From Guillardia theta CCMP2712 (Eukaryota; Protista; Cryptophyta): a stretch of 64,000 nucleotides of DNA. Numbering within the stretch: the stretch's first letter is position 1; each line of letters starts with the position of its first letter. This document shows positions 15,001 to 27,282 of the stretch, piece after piece. Below the pieces are notes generated by a model. The model was not told where the DNA came from and did not search any database. It saw nothing but the letters and a program-made list of their open reading frames with translations. Where the stretch lies: positions 254,852-318,851 of the forward strand of contig NW_005434615.1 of the NCBI RefSeq assembly GCF_000315625.1, written 5' to 3'. Made by a program: the position numbers and the translations under genes.

Positions 15001-18000
15001 TTCGTTGTCATTGCGGCTCCTCCATTCAAGCTTCAAGTCACTGCAAGCGTTGTGTCCATCCAAGCCTCGGATATCCAGACGACTGGCTCCATCATTCAGT
15101 TCATCATCGCATCGTTTGATGAGTTTGGAAATCCATCGCTCAAAGGATCGAACGCCTCCGCGATGTTGAGTGTCGATACAATGGCAGTGTCGACGGATTA
15201 TTTTGGAGTTCAACCAACTTCAGCTCAGATCCTGACCGGCACTACCGTTGCATCTTTTGACTCCTCCACTTCTCGTGCTTTGTTTGACAGCTTCTCAGTC
15301 AGGTTTGCTGGGAACTATCGGTTTCTGGTCAAAGTTGACTTCGGCCTCGAAGCTATGACTCCGGGCATTGTTGTCACTGCAGCTGACCCTGCATCGCTTG
15401 TCACCATCGATTTCGCCTATGAGATCATAGCGTATGAGCCGATTCCTCTTCGTTTCGCTATTCTTGACAGGTTCAAGAATGTTGTCACATCGATCATTGG
15501 GTCTGTCTTTTCAATTTCTATGCTATCTGGGCAAGGTTTCATTCTCCTGAAAGACGGCACTGGCACCGCCCAGCAAGAATGTAAAACTACAGCTCAAGCA
15601 GGAATTTTGAACTTCTTGGCTTGTTCCGCTGTCTTCGATTCTGCGACTTCCCAGCAACCTCAAATCTCTGTATCGCCTCCGACGAGTTTGAGTATCCTCA
15701 CGACAGCTATATCAACAACAATCTACCCTGCTGTGTCGTCCTTTTCAGTCTCCTGGTGCGTACCCAAAGACAGGTGCTCACGTTTCAACGTGTGGTGTGG
15801 CTGTTATACAGCGGCACAGTTCAGCGAACAAGATTTTCGATTCATTCTGAATGAGGAACTCTTTTACTTTCCGCGCATCTTTGTGTTTGACCAAAGTCAG
15901 AACTTGGCAACTCGAAGCAGACTGAGTATCTCCAGCTCCACAGCGAGTTCTTCTTGTGTGAAGCTCTTCGGGTCAACTAGCCTGATGGTAAACAATGGCA
16001 CAGTGGACTTTCCAGACATCGGACTGACAAATATGGGGTGCCAAGAGAGTGCTTCTTTGACAAGTGAGACGCTGTACTTCACCATCATTCTTGGAAATGG
16101 AAATCAAATTCAGGTCGCCAATACAATCCTACTGACACCTCCAGTCAACAGGATTGACGTGGAGAATTATCGTTTCAATCAATACGCAGGAAACATAATC
16201 CCCCCTATCATGATCAAAGCATATGCTTGCGTATCCACCGACGTCTGCAACATGGTGAATTACACGACCAGATCGTTCAAGGCAAACATACATAGTTTGC
16301 ACATTCCCGCCTGGAATAAGATTGAGCCTGCGCTCAAGGGGACTACTGTCATATACGCAGCTTATGGAAATGCCACCTTTGCCGATCTCAGAATAGAACA
16401 AGCTGGAATCTTTGAACTTTTGATCTCTACAAGTACGCCGGGGGATCCTAAGACATATTCTGCTCTATCAAGGCCTATCATCCGTATCTCAGCTAATCAG
16501 TTGTACGCAGTCAATGTCAATCAGGCTCCGGGCGTCTGGAGAGCCAGTGACGTCAACGACCCTCTCGTCCTCGAGCTTGTCGACTTGTACGGAAATCGAC
16601 TTGACTGCGACTTCGGCCTGTGCCCCGACAACTCAACCAGTTACTTGAATCTCGGGCTGAAGCCAGCCACTCAGCTGCGCTCGAGCCCGACTCTGAGTCT
16701 GATGCTGGACTATCCGAGTTTCGAGCTCCCTTGTGATTCCACCTCCCTCGACTCTCAATTGGGCTGCGGCTGCTTTAGCGGTTCGGTTCAAGCTAATGCT
16801 GTCAGGGGATTGGCAGACTTCGGTTGCATATCCATCAGCAAGGCCCTCAAGAATTATTCATTGTCGATTTTCATCGACCACACGAGATATCTTGAGATGT
16901 TCTTCGATGTGACACCTGGCTCGCTAAAGCGTCTTGAGGCGGTCAGCCAGCCCTCAGTGTATGGTATTGTCGCTGGACAAGTTGTAGCGCCTGTGGTGAG
17001 TGTCAAACTGCTGGATGGCTGCGGGAATCGGATCATCTCTCGGGCTCAAGACCTCCTTCTAGTAGCCGAGGCCTGTCCAGCATCGGCCGGTCTGTTCGGG
17101 GTCACGGCAAACACGTCCCTCGACGGCGTCGGGTACTTTTCCAACTTGAGGATTCAAATCTCTAGCAACATGCCTTGTGAATTCTCGGATGTTCCGTGTC
17201 CCTTGGACAAACAGCCTTTGAGTATTATGATCTCTGCGGGTGATATCTTCACCATGACAAGAAGCTTCTTCGTGACTAACGGGCCTTTGAACAGCCTTCT
17301 CGTAGCCCAGCAGCCGGCCGGTGTGGTACAAGGTGTAGCCTTCCAGACTCAGCCGGTGGTCAAGCTCGTGGACTACTATGGAAACACTGTCAGCTCGCCC
17401 TCGAAGAATGCCTATGTGGTTGAAGTAGAAATTTCGAGTGAAACATCTTGCGTTGACGGCAACTGCAACACCTGCGGAGATTGGTGTGATGGCTCCATTA
17501 TCAGCGGAAAGTGTTATCGCTACGATTCCAGCCGAACCACCTGGGCTGTGGCTGAGAGCAAGTGTGTGGCCTGGGGTGGAACTCTGGCAAAACTTTCATC
17601 CTCCACAGAGCAGGACATCGTATCGCTGATTGCTGGGAACAACGAGGTTTGGATCGGGCTCCAGTACGATGCTGATTTACGCGCATGGAAATGGATCGAC
17701 AATGTTCGGCTCCTGATCGACCGCTGGGCTGCGTCAGAACCGCACGTGTCTCTCAATTGCGCGTCAATGGAAGGAAGCAGCTGGTACTCCAAGTCCTGCT
17801 CAGCGCTCCTCCCCTCGGTCTGCGTCCGATCCTTCGATCCCACCAACGTCGATCAGTACCGCTGCGAGACCTGCGTGTCTCTCAGCGGCACTCGAGCGCT
17901 GACTGCGGTTGATGGCTTCGTTGAGTACTCTGACCTCAGCACAGCCAGCGATGTCGGTTACTACAAGCTGAATTTCGTCGCCTACTCGATTGACAGCTCT

Positions 18001-21000
18001 ATCCAAGACGTTGGGCGGCCTACCGGAATGTCCGGCCCTTTCTCAGTCGTCCCCCGTGCTGCTGTGATGCAAATTTTCCAGCAGCCGAGTGACTCTTGTG
18101 CAGAGCAGCCGTTCGAGCACCAGCCGATGATTTACGTACTCGACAGCTCCAACATGTTGGTGAAGGGTTCCGTCATGTTGGTCACAGCTTCTCTCAAGGA
18201 TCCCAACGCTACTGTCAGACTGCTAGGCATGCGGACGCAGGCTGCGCGTGACGGAGTAGTTGTGTTCACTGATCTTCGAGTGGACGGGCCCTCGATCTCA
18301 GGTCTGATGCTGGAGTTTTCGATGATGGTTGGAACAACCAGGTTGTTTGTTGACTCTCAAATCTTCGTGGTCCTTCCTCCGGCTACACGAATGATGATCC
18401 GCTCGGACTTCCACGACATTTATGTTGCGGGGCAAAATTTCAATGCTGTACAAGCAAGGTTGCTAAACTCAGTAGGAACAAAGGTTCCGATCACTAACGC
18501 AGTGATCCAAGTATCGGTTTTCACGGATGAGAATGAAGTTGTAGGACAAGCTCTCGGTGGTACAACTAGCTTCCTAGTCACCCGCGGCGAGCAAGTCTTG
18601 GAGGGCATTCAAGCTCTCAAGTCTTCATCTGGCAATGCTCGGTTTCGTTTGCTGTTTTCCTGTCAAGGAATTGGTTTGCAAGCTCTTTCTCCAAGGTAAT
18701 CTCTGATTCTTGCTGTGTGATTGCTTTCTGATTCAACCACAGCTTTCAGGTAAACTCCAATCGCTTTGTCGATTTGGACTTCGTCCGGCAGCCTGCAATT
18801 ATTTCCACTATTGGACTGGTAGATAGATTCACCATTGCTACGAAAGATGCCTGGGGTAATCTAGTATTGACAAACGGCGTGATGATCAGAATCGAAATCT
18901 TTAGAGAGAATTATGCCGACGCCGTTCACTCAGGGACAAATATTTCAATTGACGGTCTCGTACAATTTGATAATATTGTTATTTCAAGATCAGGAACTTA
19001 CAACTTCAAATCTTCTTTCTCCTTCGACATGCAAGCTTGTCTTAACTCAACAGAATTTTGCATAGAATTTGGGACAGAGTATGACCAGGCTTCATCGGTT
19101 TGTGCGCTAAGAAAAGCCGCATTCAAGCTTGTCAAGGTTGTTGTAGACATTCCGATGCGACCTAGTGGCATTCGTTTTGGCCAGCAGCCGGTCATTGAAA
19201 GAGCAGGAGTGAGGTTTCAGGAATTTGTCAGTTGCGAGATGTACGACGAGTATGGAAATGTCTTGAACACAGACGCTTACAGTGTGGAGATTGTAGTTAC
19301 CAGTGCATCTGGCTCAGGATGCTATTTCAATCGCGATTTGCAATCATACCCATACCAAGGCATTCAAGTGCAAGTTGGTGGTCCGAGTGAAAATATGAGT
19401 ATTGCTTCACCTGGAACTCTGCAAACAATTGGTGGGATCGTGATATGGGAGAATCTACTCTGCAACGTAGCTTCTGAAGGATGTTCTGAGTAAGTCTCAA
19501 TGTAGATCATCATCATTGGCACTGATTCATACGGCTTGCAGGTGCGAGGCGAATTCCTGCAATGATCACAACGCCTACACAATGCAATGCAGAGCTACCG
19601 GAGATTTCTGCAACCCGTGCGTATCAGAAGCAAAGTTCCACGTTTATCCAGATGCGCCTTCAGCCATTGTAGGAAATAAGATTGATGTCGTCGTTGCAGG
19701 ATCACCGGCGTATGTATGAACATTCTCACTATTGCTTCTGGTCCATCTGATGCTTCTTTTGCAGGGAGCAAGAAACGCAGGATTCGTTATTCCACCTGAA
19801 ATCAGTTTGGTTGATGTATATGGGAATTTGGTAGTCTGTGGTAATCCAGGATCGATGACGGTGAGAGTAGAGCAGTTCAAAAACCCGTACATCTCAAGCC
19901 TGGATTTCTGCACCTCAGAAACTTCTTTGAATGGCTCTGTATGCCTGGATGGGCAAACAGCATCGCAAGTTGTTGCAGGAAAATCTACCTTTGGAGGTCT
20001 GTACCTTCGTTTTCCCGGCAAAAACTTCATACTCAGATTTGAATACCAAGGCATGACCTATCGCACTGAGCAATTCGATGTTTTACCGCAGGCCCCCAAG
20101 ATCATCGGGTTCAGGCTTTCTCAATACCTCACTGAACTCATCGTAAATTTTGATTCAGAGACGAACATGGCCAACATGGGAGGAAGCACTAGCTGTCGCT
20201 TGGTTTTGCCAGCTTCCATGCTGCCTGTGCTTGGAATAGATCCATTGTGCACGTGGACCTCTCCGAGCACAATGCAGATCGAGCTTGGGTTGAACCCAAC
20301 AGTCAAGCCTGGAGATCTGGTTTCTATCTACGAGGCTTCGAGCCAGAGCTCCTTGTTGTGGTTTCCTGTTGTGCAAGCGAACGGAATGGTCTACCTGCAA
20401 CGGATCACAGGAGTCAGTGACGTGGTTCCTGTCAGGAATATCAGCTCAGTGACGACTCTCAAGTCAAATCAAGTTTCTTGCCACCAGATCACTAAACCTA
20501 TGGCCCTCCAACTGACAGCTCAACTGGAGATCGACAACGAGATCAGTGTGACTGACGTGGAAAGAATCACGATTGATGGTAGGAACTACTACTTTGTATC
20601 CCTCTACTGTAAAGGACAGAATTGTCCCTTCGATATTCGAGTTGCTGCAACATCTGCGGTCTTCGCCTTGAATTCAACGTTGTTCGTAACAGATCAGCAA
20701 GGCAACTTCGTGCCATATCAGCACATCGAGACGTATGGAGCCACTGATATCGAGCCCTTCTACAAGAAAGATGAGGACATGAATGGTGGAATACGGTACA
20801 AGCAGTTTGTGGCCATTTGTAACTACAAGGGAAACAACATGATGCAAAATGGTTTCATCAGCATCTTCGTGTGGGAGAACCAAAAGTTTGAGCTCCGACA
20901 GACCATGCCTTGTAAGCGCTGCACGAGCGCTTCCTATGCCGAGCACAATGAAGAGCACTATCTAGCTTTTACTAACACGGGAGCAGAGAATTTCGTGTCC

Positions 21001-24000
21001 ATCTTTCGTTGGGTGCTCGGATCTTTTCGAGAAGTTCAGGTCTCACCCAACTCCGGCATGATCATGTGGGTCGGCGGGCGCTTCGAAGAGTTCATTCAGG
21101 ACATCCCGACGGAAGACGGAGGCTACTGCAAGCTCTATCACATCCCCTCGCAGCCTTCTCTCTACCTTGGAATAGCTGACCGCAAGCGGCAAGGGCAGTA
21201 CCGATCGAACGTCAAGATCTACCGCTGGCAAGAGACTATCTGTGATGTTCTTCGCAACATCTCGTGCTTTCGATCCTTCATAGAGCTTCCAGCGGTTGGT
21301 CCTCAGTCGTTCACTCCCTTCTCCATGAACAACAAGGATTACGTTGCGATTGCGAACCAGTTCGAGGGGATGGAAGGGAACGAGCATTCGGAGCAATACA
21401 AGCAAGAGTCTTACATCTATCAGATTGACTACCAACTCAAGACGGCCTCCTTCATTCAGGTACTTCTGTTCCTTGCACACTCGTATGCTGACACAGGAGC
21501 GCAGGCAATTCCAACAGCTGGAGCTTACCTGTTCGACTTCCTCACTACCACTCAAGACGGCACCGACCAGCACTTCTTATCTGTGGCGAACTTGCGGGGC
21601 TTCGCAGGTTTCGAAACGACATCGAGGGTCTACAAGTGGGTGCAACCGAAAATTTACAATTCAAGCGTCTTGTGTAACCAAGCGAACACTCGACAAGGAT
21701 ATTTCTCCCTGATTGATGAAGTAACTTGGAAAGCCTCGAAGAAGTTTTCCTTCTTAGGAGTGGATCAAGACAACAATATCAAGTTGTTGCTTGTCTCCCT
21801 CGCTGGAAGTGGCGTGGTTGCAAGATTTTTCGATCTGAGTGAAATCATGTTGAAGCCCAATGTGATAGTGAAATATCCGAAGGTATGCTTCGTACTCTTG
21901 CTGATCCTTCAATAACTCTTTCGACAGGTCACTGGAGCCTGCAGTCGAATATATTTTGATGCGAGGGGCTCGGGCAATGGCGGCGGCAGAACCTTGAAAC
22001 CCGTTTGGAAGTTGCAGAGCTTTGTGCCGTTGCTGCAGAATCAAGCTTCGCCAACGTCAGACTTCTTCAGCAAGATTGCCGGAGCCTCTGCGCTGCTCCT
22101 CGACTTCAGTGAGCTCTTGCCATCGTGCGCAGGAGATCCTGTCTGTATCGACAAATATGTTCCTTCTGGATCGTACACGATGATGCTAAGCCTTCAAAAT
22201 TGGATCGGAGGAAAGTCAGAATCAACATTTTCTTTCATCAAGCACGACTTTCCTACGCCCAGCATCTGGGTGTTGACGAAAGATGTCATTTCCATTTACT
22301 CTGACAAGGAAGTTCTCTTTGAGGTGTCTATGGCTACCAGTGAGTGTGAGAACGTTTCGTCTTTGAGCTACTCGTGGAAGTTTTCACCGAATGTGGTCGC
22401 TCCCAAGACCGATGCATTACAGCTTAGATTGCCGTCAAATGCATTGTCGCCAAAGACGAATTACAATCTATCTTTCTCTGTTACCTCCTACAATTTCCAG
22501 GCTTCTGTAATGTTTCAGGTTCTGACTCTTCGGTCACCTCCTAAGATCACTATCATCGGAGGCAACATGCTCATCTCCATGAACGTTGCTGGAAAGCATC
22601 TTCTTGACGCTTCCAACTCCCGCAGTTCAGCAGGTAGCAACGAGCTTCTGTTCCACTGGAGCTGCTACCAGAACGCACGGTTGGGTCCTGCATTGGCTGG
22701 TCCAATAGCGATCAGTTGCGCTCGTATAATAGCCGATGGATACTCTGAATTTGAGCCAGTGTTACAGCTTGACAAGGCTAAAATGTTGGATCAATCTCGC
22801 GCTTTCACTTCATTGCAGTTGCCGACATATACACTCGGTTGCAACTTGCAAGACCCCTTTGCCGTTCATTGTGATCCCAGCGCTTTCTATGAATTCCAAC
22901 TCGTTGTTTGCGATGATCCTAAACGAGATTGTACTCAGAGCAACCAAGAATTCGTTTCTATCTACCGCACATGGCTTAAAACTTCACCAGCAAACGTGCC
23001 TGAAACATCGCTTGCAACTCTGACAGCCGCTGTAAGTAACTCAAGCAACATTCTCCTCAAGAGTCAGGCAACTGCAAACACACAATATAGATGGGTTCAG
23101 CTGTCACCGCCTGGTTCAAACTTGCTGACGACAAGCAACATTCTGTCAAGTGTTTACAGCAGTTCTCTGGTCCTCAAGTCCGGTCTTCTCCTCGACTCAA
23201 CCAGGTAAACATTTTGAACGTGGAAGGTAGCGTGTAAATGACCTTTGGTACTACAGTTACACAATTCTGATATACTCACAAACGTCTTCGGCTCTGAACA
23301 ATCTTGACGACGTCGCAAATTGCATGTCTTGTGGCTGGGCTCAGGTGAAGATTTGACTGATCTGACCTGCGAAGTTGATAACTGCTCTTGGTTTTAGGCA
23401 CAATTTGAATCAATGTCTGCGATCAGGGGCGGCCTGATTCACGTCTCGCCGACGTTTGGAACTTCGGCTCAAACAAGTTTCTCGTTCTCGACAGAATCAT
23501 GGATGACGCACACGAGCTTCAACCAAGACGATCTCCCTCTATTGTACAGCTTCTACTATGAGTCCGATGGAGTCAGGAAGTACCTCTCTGCAGGCTCTTA
23601 CAGCCCATCCGTCACTTCCATCTTGTCTGGAGGAGAACCCAGCCAAACCTGCTCTCAGAGTGCAACATGCAGGACTAAAACGGTTTATGTATCAGCCGCA
23701 TTTTCGACGGAAAGATCGATTGTGTCCCCTGGAGTCACAGTGGAGTTGTCGTTGACAGATCCAAACAACGCCAAGAGATCCATCGAATCGCAGCTTGCGA
23801 CGATATTAAAGTATCACGCAAGCGATATCGTTGGTAAGTTTGCCTCGTCCACGGGCACTTTGGCAGATTTCATGAATGATAAGACCGTCAATTGGGAATT
23901 CTACGCAGTAGGATTGGATTACAAGAAAGGTGTCAGGGATCAACTTTCAACCTTGCTCAGCAGTACAGTGCAGAATGGTCAACCTCTACCACCTACATTA

Positions 24001-26268
24001 GCATTGCAACTGGTTGGAACTCTTTCAGCTATTGTTGGTTCAAACACTGAACTGTCAACTTTGTCCATAAGCGCATGTTCTGCCTCCTTAAGACAAATCA
24101 TGACTACCCTGATTACAATGTCAAGGGAAGGAACAAGCATTGTTTCACGCAACGAGTTTGAGGATCATGTTCTGTTTATATCATCACAGTTTCTGCAGGC
24201 AAGAAGTGTATTGCTGTCTCAAGTGAGAGATACTTCTGGGCTGGAGCCTGTCTCACAAAGCAGCATCAGAGCGGTAATGCAGCTACCGTCTGCCCTATCA
24301 GCGTCCACAGAATTGCTTCAATTGCAAAACAATGCAGGACTGGAAATCATTACCTCTTTGAATTTATTGTCTGAATTAAGCGTGATTGGGTTTACCCCTG
24401 GACAAGTTCCTGCTCAAATGTCGTCAAGCGACTTCTTGATGGAAACATCGGTGCATGACGCAGCAGGTCTTGGAGGAATGAGCTACACTCTTTCCCGATT
24501 GTGGAGCGGCTGTGCAACATGTATCTACATCACCGCAGCATTGCAAGTGACGTTTCCAAAGGCGCTTCAGATGACTGGAATCTATCAAGTTCAAAGAGCG
24601 ATGGTGCTGAACAACCCTTTCGACATCAGCCAAACACAGCTGTTGTGTATCAATTCAAAATTGCAATCTCTGTGGTCGAGTTCAGTGGTATACCTTCCGG
24701 CTGATACCGCAGGAAACCTGTATCAAGACAGGGTGAGGAAAAATGTGATGAAATTTGGATTTGACTCCTGTGAAATCCTGTCACCTGTCTACGTTATCAA
24801 TGTTCGGCCTGATCAGACAAGTAAGTACCTGGATGCTGTTCTCTCGGACTCCCCTATAGAGTTTGTTCTCTCGTTCGATCCAAAGAAGAATGCGGAAGTC
24901 TCGTCGGGAGTGTCGGATCCGTTCACCGGAGTTTCAAGCACTGCCTCTTGCGTTAGATTTGACGTGTCAACTGGCAAGTGGAGCACGAGTGATGTCCAAC
25001 ACGTTGAAACCAACTTTGGATATGCAAATGGTACTGGAGCCTTCGTGAGATGTCGCAGCAAAAAGCTTGGAATCTTTGCTGTGAGCGAGGTCTGCCATAC
25101 ATTCCTGATTAAATCGCATGCTGACTTGTTTGCCAGGTACCTGCGGATTGCCGGAAGCAGACGTTGGGAAAGACAGTGAACGACGAATGCGGGGTATGCG
25201 GAGGAGACAACTCAGCTTGCTCCGGTTGTGATGGCATACCAAACAGTGGTCGATCAAAGCTGTGCAGGTAAGAGAGTCTTTTATATCAGAAAGCAGTGCT
25301 TGACTTGACAACGTAGTGGTCATGGGAAATGCTCAACCGATCCTGTCGTTACCAACCGCAAGTGCATTTGTGAAACCAAATATTATGGGGCCGTCTGTCA
25401 TGTGGCATGCAGCCGAGACCTCAATTGCAGCAATCACGGAGATTGTGTTGTGACTTCGATGAGTACCTTGAGCATGGAGACTGATTCCAAGTGCGTCTGT
25501 GACTCCAGTAAGCTGCAAGTCGTGACGTGACCACGCTTGACGATCTCTTTCAGAATATCAGCCCATCAGCAACATAACAGGGCTACGACCAGTAGCGACC
25601 TGCGTGAAAATCCCCACCAAGCCCAGGTTCTCACCGATCGTATGGTGGTTCCTGCTTGTGGGAGTTCCTGTGATATCTATTGCTCTTGTTATCCTAGCGA
25701 TTTTGGGATGGTAAGAGCCTGTTTGGATGCTTAATGGTTGAGACATGACTCTTGCATAGGCGAGCAAGACAGGCGAGTTTGCAAGTGCGGAGCTTGCAAA
25801 AAGAAATTGCGCAACTCAAGGATCGAGACTTGATGCTTCAAGACCCTGCCAAGCACTTGCTGCCTAATCGGATGGAGGTCGAGGCTGATCTCTGTCAAGT
25901 CGCTGTGCATGGGGATGCAGTTCCGGCTGTGATGCGGATTCAGTCCATCAAATCTCCCAACACGACCGTCGCCCCTGAGGTAGTGGTCATTACTGTCGCT
26001 TTGACTTCTGACGTGCGGCAGGTCGAGCGTCCAATGCTGCTCGAGAGTGACGAGTCGAGTGGTTCGATCGTCGGCGAAACAAAGGAGGAGGAGGGAGGCT
26101 TGCATTTGAAGTATGGGTCCATCTACAGGCTCCGACAACAGGTGAGGACTATCATGATCTCTTCGCTCTGTGCTCAAGTTGAAATTTCAGGGAACCGGTT
26201 TACAAGCAAGGGAACCAAACCTGAATTTCGCTGAGGAGCAAGTCGATGACTCCGATGGCTCGTTCTGA
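1..26268 (+). CDS. Gene A: giant multi-exon type I membrane protein (Ig-like repeats, C-type lectin, EAR/EPTP, REJ, GPS-like, EGF, TM), 5' partial, roughly 8,000+ aa; polycystin-1/adhesion-receptor-like architecture
   Basis: The frame is open from base 2 with no start codon in the window. ORFs 35-12307, 12750, 13744, 18774, 19732, 21994, 23413 and 25752 appear linked by short GT-AG introns, e.g. 12233-12284 gives ...YGGM|VVGGCPAEG. Not every junction was checked. The last exon reads ...EEQVDDSDGSF* with TGA at 26266-26268. Confidence 0.85.
13686..13972 (+). other. Cys-rich kringle-like 'WCYVD' module in gene A
   Basis: After removing the intron at ~13752-13805 it reads C..DYGRYCAVWDGYGSQCGIAHQTCSSGWLCCQPWCYVDASC...YSYQTC. 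PWCY is the kringle-type signature. Confidence 0.5.
17482..17823 (+). other. C-type lectin-like domain in gene A
   Basis: WC..GKCYRY....TWAVAESKCVAWGGTLAKL.S..EQ......VWIGL......WKW......W...EP....CA.....W....C......VC, including the WIGL motif and canonical Cys spacing. Confidence 0.9.
20540..21835 (+). other. EAR/EPTP-repeat beta-propeller (~7 blades) in gene A
   Basis: Repeats YQHIETYGATDIEPF..FVAICN, LRQTMPC..HYLAFTN, FIQDIPT..YLGIAD, FIELPAVG..DYVAIAN and FIQ|AIPTAGA..FLSVAN, with S.IY.W linkers. Confidence 0.75.
21928..23760 (+). other. REJ/PKD-like region in gene A
   Basis: FDARGSGNGGGR, LSYSW..LRLPSNALSPKTNY, IIGG..LLDASNS..LLFHWSC, YRW..LVLK and GG.IHVSP..G....FSF....W...DLPLLYSF match REJ-module motifs of polycystin-like proteins. 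Confidence 0.7.
24949..25089 (+). other. Degenerate GPS motif at the end of a GAIN-like region
   Basis: CVRFDVSTGKWSTSDV...VRCRSKKLGIFAV compared with the consensus C.FW......W...GC.....C.C.HL(T/S).FA. It follows a long, probably helical segment (~23760-24400). Confidence 0.7.
25137..25710 (+). other. Cys-rich module, two EGF-like repeats and the transmembrane helix of gene A (small exons missing from the ORF track)
   Basis: Spliced translation: DECGVCGGDNSACSGCDGIPNSG; CSGHGKC..CICETKYYGAVC; CSNHGDC..CVCD; then IVWWFLLVGVPVISIALVILAILGW (25637-25710) followed by basic RAR. Confidence 0.8.
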
Positions 26269-26599
26269 ACACCACAACTTCAGGTGTCACCTTAGCATCC
26301 TGACCTTGAAACAAACACACCTGTAAATATGTTGCCATGTAAATGAATATCTTTGATCTGAATTCCTCCAATGAAACCAACTAGCAAATCCAAATGTTCA
26401 AGTCACACCATTGTCTGAAGGAGACGAATATGAGATCGTGAACGTACGATGTACCCCATATTTTACTCATATAGGAACTGCGTTCACTTATGTAAGATTG
26501 TAGTTTACTCAAGTAGTCTGATGACTCACTCTTGTATCAGCTACGTTTACTCAACTATTTCAAACCTTTATAAATTCCGTTTTATCTTGACAAGTGACT

Positions 26600-26910
26600 T
26601 GAAATTTGTTGGGGTGGGGTGTCCTCGTATAGGTTCATACACCGGTACTAGAAAAGGTAAATGAAGGGGTATTGCAAAAAACTCATGGGTGGGGTCATCT
26701 GGCCACTGGACAGTTGAAGGATAGATAATTGGATGGTAGGGTCCAGGGAATTTGGTAAATCAGGGGTGGGGTGGGTGTAAATACATGGGGTAGTGTAAAG
26801 GAAAATTGGGGTGATAGGTTACGATGAGTTGGTTTTGTGTACTCGGTAGGGGGGTGGGTTAGTTTGATGTTCAGATGGTGGGTGGACGGGTGGGCGGGAG
26901 GGTCAATCCA
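26600..26910 (+). promoter_or_regulatory. G-skewed intergenic tract with a canonical G-quadruplex motif upstream of gene B
   Basis: Many GGG(G)TGGG runs, with GGGTGGACGGGTGGGCGGGAGGG at 26880-26902. The regulatory role is inferred from position only. Confidence 0.4.
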
Positions 26911-27282
26911 ACTGACGTCTGATCCGCTCCTCGGGTAGCGCAATGCTGCGGTCACAAGAGGGATGAAGAGGAAGGGAAAGAAAGGTTGAGAGAGATTGAA
27001 AGCAATAATGCTCTATCATGAAGAAGACATGTGCTGATATAGAGAGGTTGACTTAGAACCCTTAGTTCCCAGGAGATTGCATCCTAGCAGATTTTTGAAA
27101 TCAGGTTCATGCAATAGGGAATACCTGAGTCAGTGCGGATGGAGTGAGTGAAAGCGATATTGAGATACTGACCTTTTATCATCTTGACAGTGTGAAAGAG
27201 GTCCAGCTGCATGATTGGTTTCGTATATACTGGTTGTGTCTCTTGGAATTCATGTTTTAAGCAAACCGGGAATTAAGCAGAA

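Larger units (their letters stand above)
2..20090 (+). other. Array of about 45 Ig-like repeats (~110-130 aa) in gene A
   Basis: Recurring consensus QP....AG......V...DxxGN......V.......L.G......G.A.F..L.I...G.Y.L.F, e.g. QDSFGN, YDQFGN, LDKFGN, TDVYGN, VDRYGN, YDEFGN, RDKYGN, VDYYGN. It resembles invasin/intimin-type bacterial Ig folds. The count is by eye. Confidence 0.7.

Noticed and set aside
26611-26860. Telomeric repeat remnant
   Set aside because: The G-runs are irregular, with no tandem TTAGGG or TTTAGGG units.
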